From Fistulifera solaris (lineage: Eukaryota), in assembly GCA_030295235.1 (NCBI GenBank), contig AP026173.1, forward strand, positions 124,001-188,000: a DNA stretch of 64,000 nt, in the 5' to 3' direction. Made by a program: the position numbers and the translations under genes. The notes under the pieces are model-generated. The model searched no databases, was not told where the DNA came from, and saw only the letters and a program-made list of their open reading frames with translations. Positions 62,787 to 64,000 of this stretch are shown piece after piece. Position 1 is the stretch's first letter. The number at the start of each line of letters is the position of its first letter.

Positions 62787-64000
62787 ATGGATGCTAAAGA
62801 TCTCAGTCAACATCGGTTCTTTGTCGATCGTCTAATTTCACCGTCTCGGGATGGAAGCCGAAGACAAAGTGTTTCCTCTCCTCCCAGCAAGCCGGTTCGC
62901 AGAAATAGTAACGAAAGCGGTGAAAGCCTCGGTGCGCATCAAGACGGTGATGATCGTTTAGACAGCCTCAGCTACGACAATGAAGAAAATTCGTTATTGT
63001 TTCTTTTCAAGGATGAAGAGGAAAGCGTTCCGAGCATGCCAGATCTCATTCGACGCTCAACCTATCCAGAAGTACCAACCCGGAAGCCTTGCAGTCCATC
63101 TGCGTACGAGACGCTTTCGTTTTCTCCCAAACAAAAGAAGAAGACTTTTCAAATTCAGAATGCTCCACCAAGAATCATTTATATTACACTACAAGATCAA
63201 GCTCCGCCCAGTGACGACGATACCTTGTCATCCGGAAACACAGGTACCGAAGAAGGCGTTTCGAATTCGATGCCTATTGTTATAAAAACCAAGTCTTATT
63301 CCATGATGAGTGAAAAGAGTTCAGCGCAGTCGCCTTCCAAACCAGTCCGAAGATGCTTTGAAGATGATCCAACTCCAAGAAATGCGTCCTTTGGATGCTT
63401 CCAAGGCTTTACTTCCCCTAAAATGCTTCCTGGAATTGCAACCACCGCTATCAAGCCTACTGTTTCGAATGCTGAGAATGATATCGCATGTATGCACCAT
63501 GTAACAGAGAAGATTAGCCTACTATCATCTTCCTCGAATTCACCAATCGTTAAAAAAGACGCAACGCCGTCGCCGAAAGCTGATCTTCGAGAACCCACTG
63601 CCAAACTCAACGGTTCAAATCGAGAAAACCCTTCAACACCTTCCGATGACGAACTGGGAAGTCCCCTCCTCGAAAAGCCTCGCTTGTCACGCAAGAACAT
63701 GTTCTTTCAAAATTTAAAATGGGACGATAGCAAGGCCAAGCAATCTAGCAAGGCCCGGCGAAAGCGAAATACGAAGAATCCAAGACTACCGAAAGAAGGA
63801 AAACCCGAGTGCTCGGCATTGCACATTCCAATGCGATCTGTCGATCCCGGTCGCGCAGATGTGCCATGTAATAAACAACGACACGACAGAAAGAAACAGA
63901 TTCCAAGGGATGAATTAGTACCCGCTGTTTCACTTGATCCGCCACCACAATCTCCGGCTCTTTCTGAGGTGACTGGCAACTCGCCCCTGGAACACTGCTG
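62787..64000 (+). CDS. Hypothetical S/P/K/R-rich disordered protein, runs off the 3' end of the window (absent from the ORF track because no stop is reached)
   Basis: My manual translation from ATG 62787 (MDAKDLSQHRFFVDRL...) stays open for ~400 codons. The motif PSKPVRR occurs twice. Confidence 0.7.
   Translation, partial: MDAKDLSQHRFFVDRLISPSRDGSRRQSVSSPPSKPVRRNSNESGESLGAHQDGDDRLDSLSYDNEENSLLFLFKDEEESVPSMPDLIRRSTYPEVPTRKPCSPSAYETLSFSPKQKKKTFQIQNAPPRIIYITLQDQAPPSDDDTLSSGNTGTEEGVSNSMPIVIKTKSYSMMSEKSSAQSPSKPVRRCFEDDPTPRNASFGCFQGFTSPKMLPGIATTAIKPTVSNAENDIACMHHVTEKISLLSSSSNSPIVKKDATPSPKADLREPTAKLNGSNRENPSTPSDDELGSPLLEKPRLSRKNMFFQNLKWDDSKAKQSSKARRKRNTKNPRLPKEGKPECSALHIPMRSVDPGRADVPCNKQRHDRKKQIPRDELVPAVSLDPPPQSPALSEVTGNSPLEHC

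Overview
Compact, intron-containing eukaryotic DNA, most likely from a pennate diatom (inferred from short GT-AG introns, bipartite plastid-targeting leaders, RxL-motif proteins and gene content). About 30 protein-coding genes can be supported: a vanadium-haloperoxidase/PAP2-like enzyme, isochorismatase-like protein, an internally doubled imidazoleglycerol-phosphate dehydratase, DUF1990 protein, LSD1-like amine oxidase with PHD fingers, an intronless pyruvate formate-lyase apparently fused to its radical-SAM activase, PRA1, a TEN1-like OB-fold protein, dihydroxy-acid dehydratase, RAD51, two tandem CPA2 antiporters, a kinase, glutaminyl cyclase, ferredoxin-nitrite reductase, UBC9, ClpB/Hsp78, an ER J-protein with a ShK domain, a cold-shock protein, eEF3, AMPK beta, Y14 and eIF3a. 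More than 15 single-base frameshifts sit mostly in homopolymer runs, most likely assembly errors. The best leads are the PFL/PFL-AE fusion, the two-module IGPD whose halves keep complementary metal-ligand sets, two intergenic tracts made of chained 7-bp duplications, a dispersed 22-bp palindrome and a 34-bp repeat family in divergent promoters. No rRNA, tRNA, CRISPR array or transposase was found. All calls come from reading motifs by eye; no searches were run.
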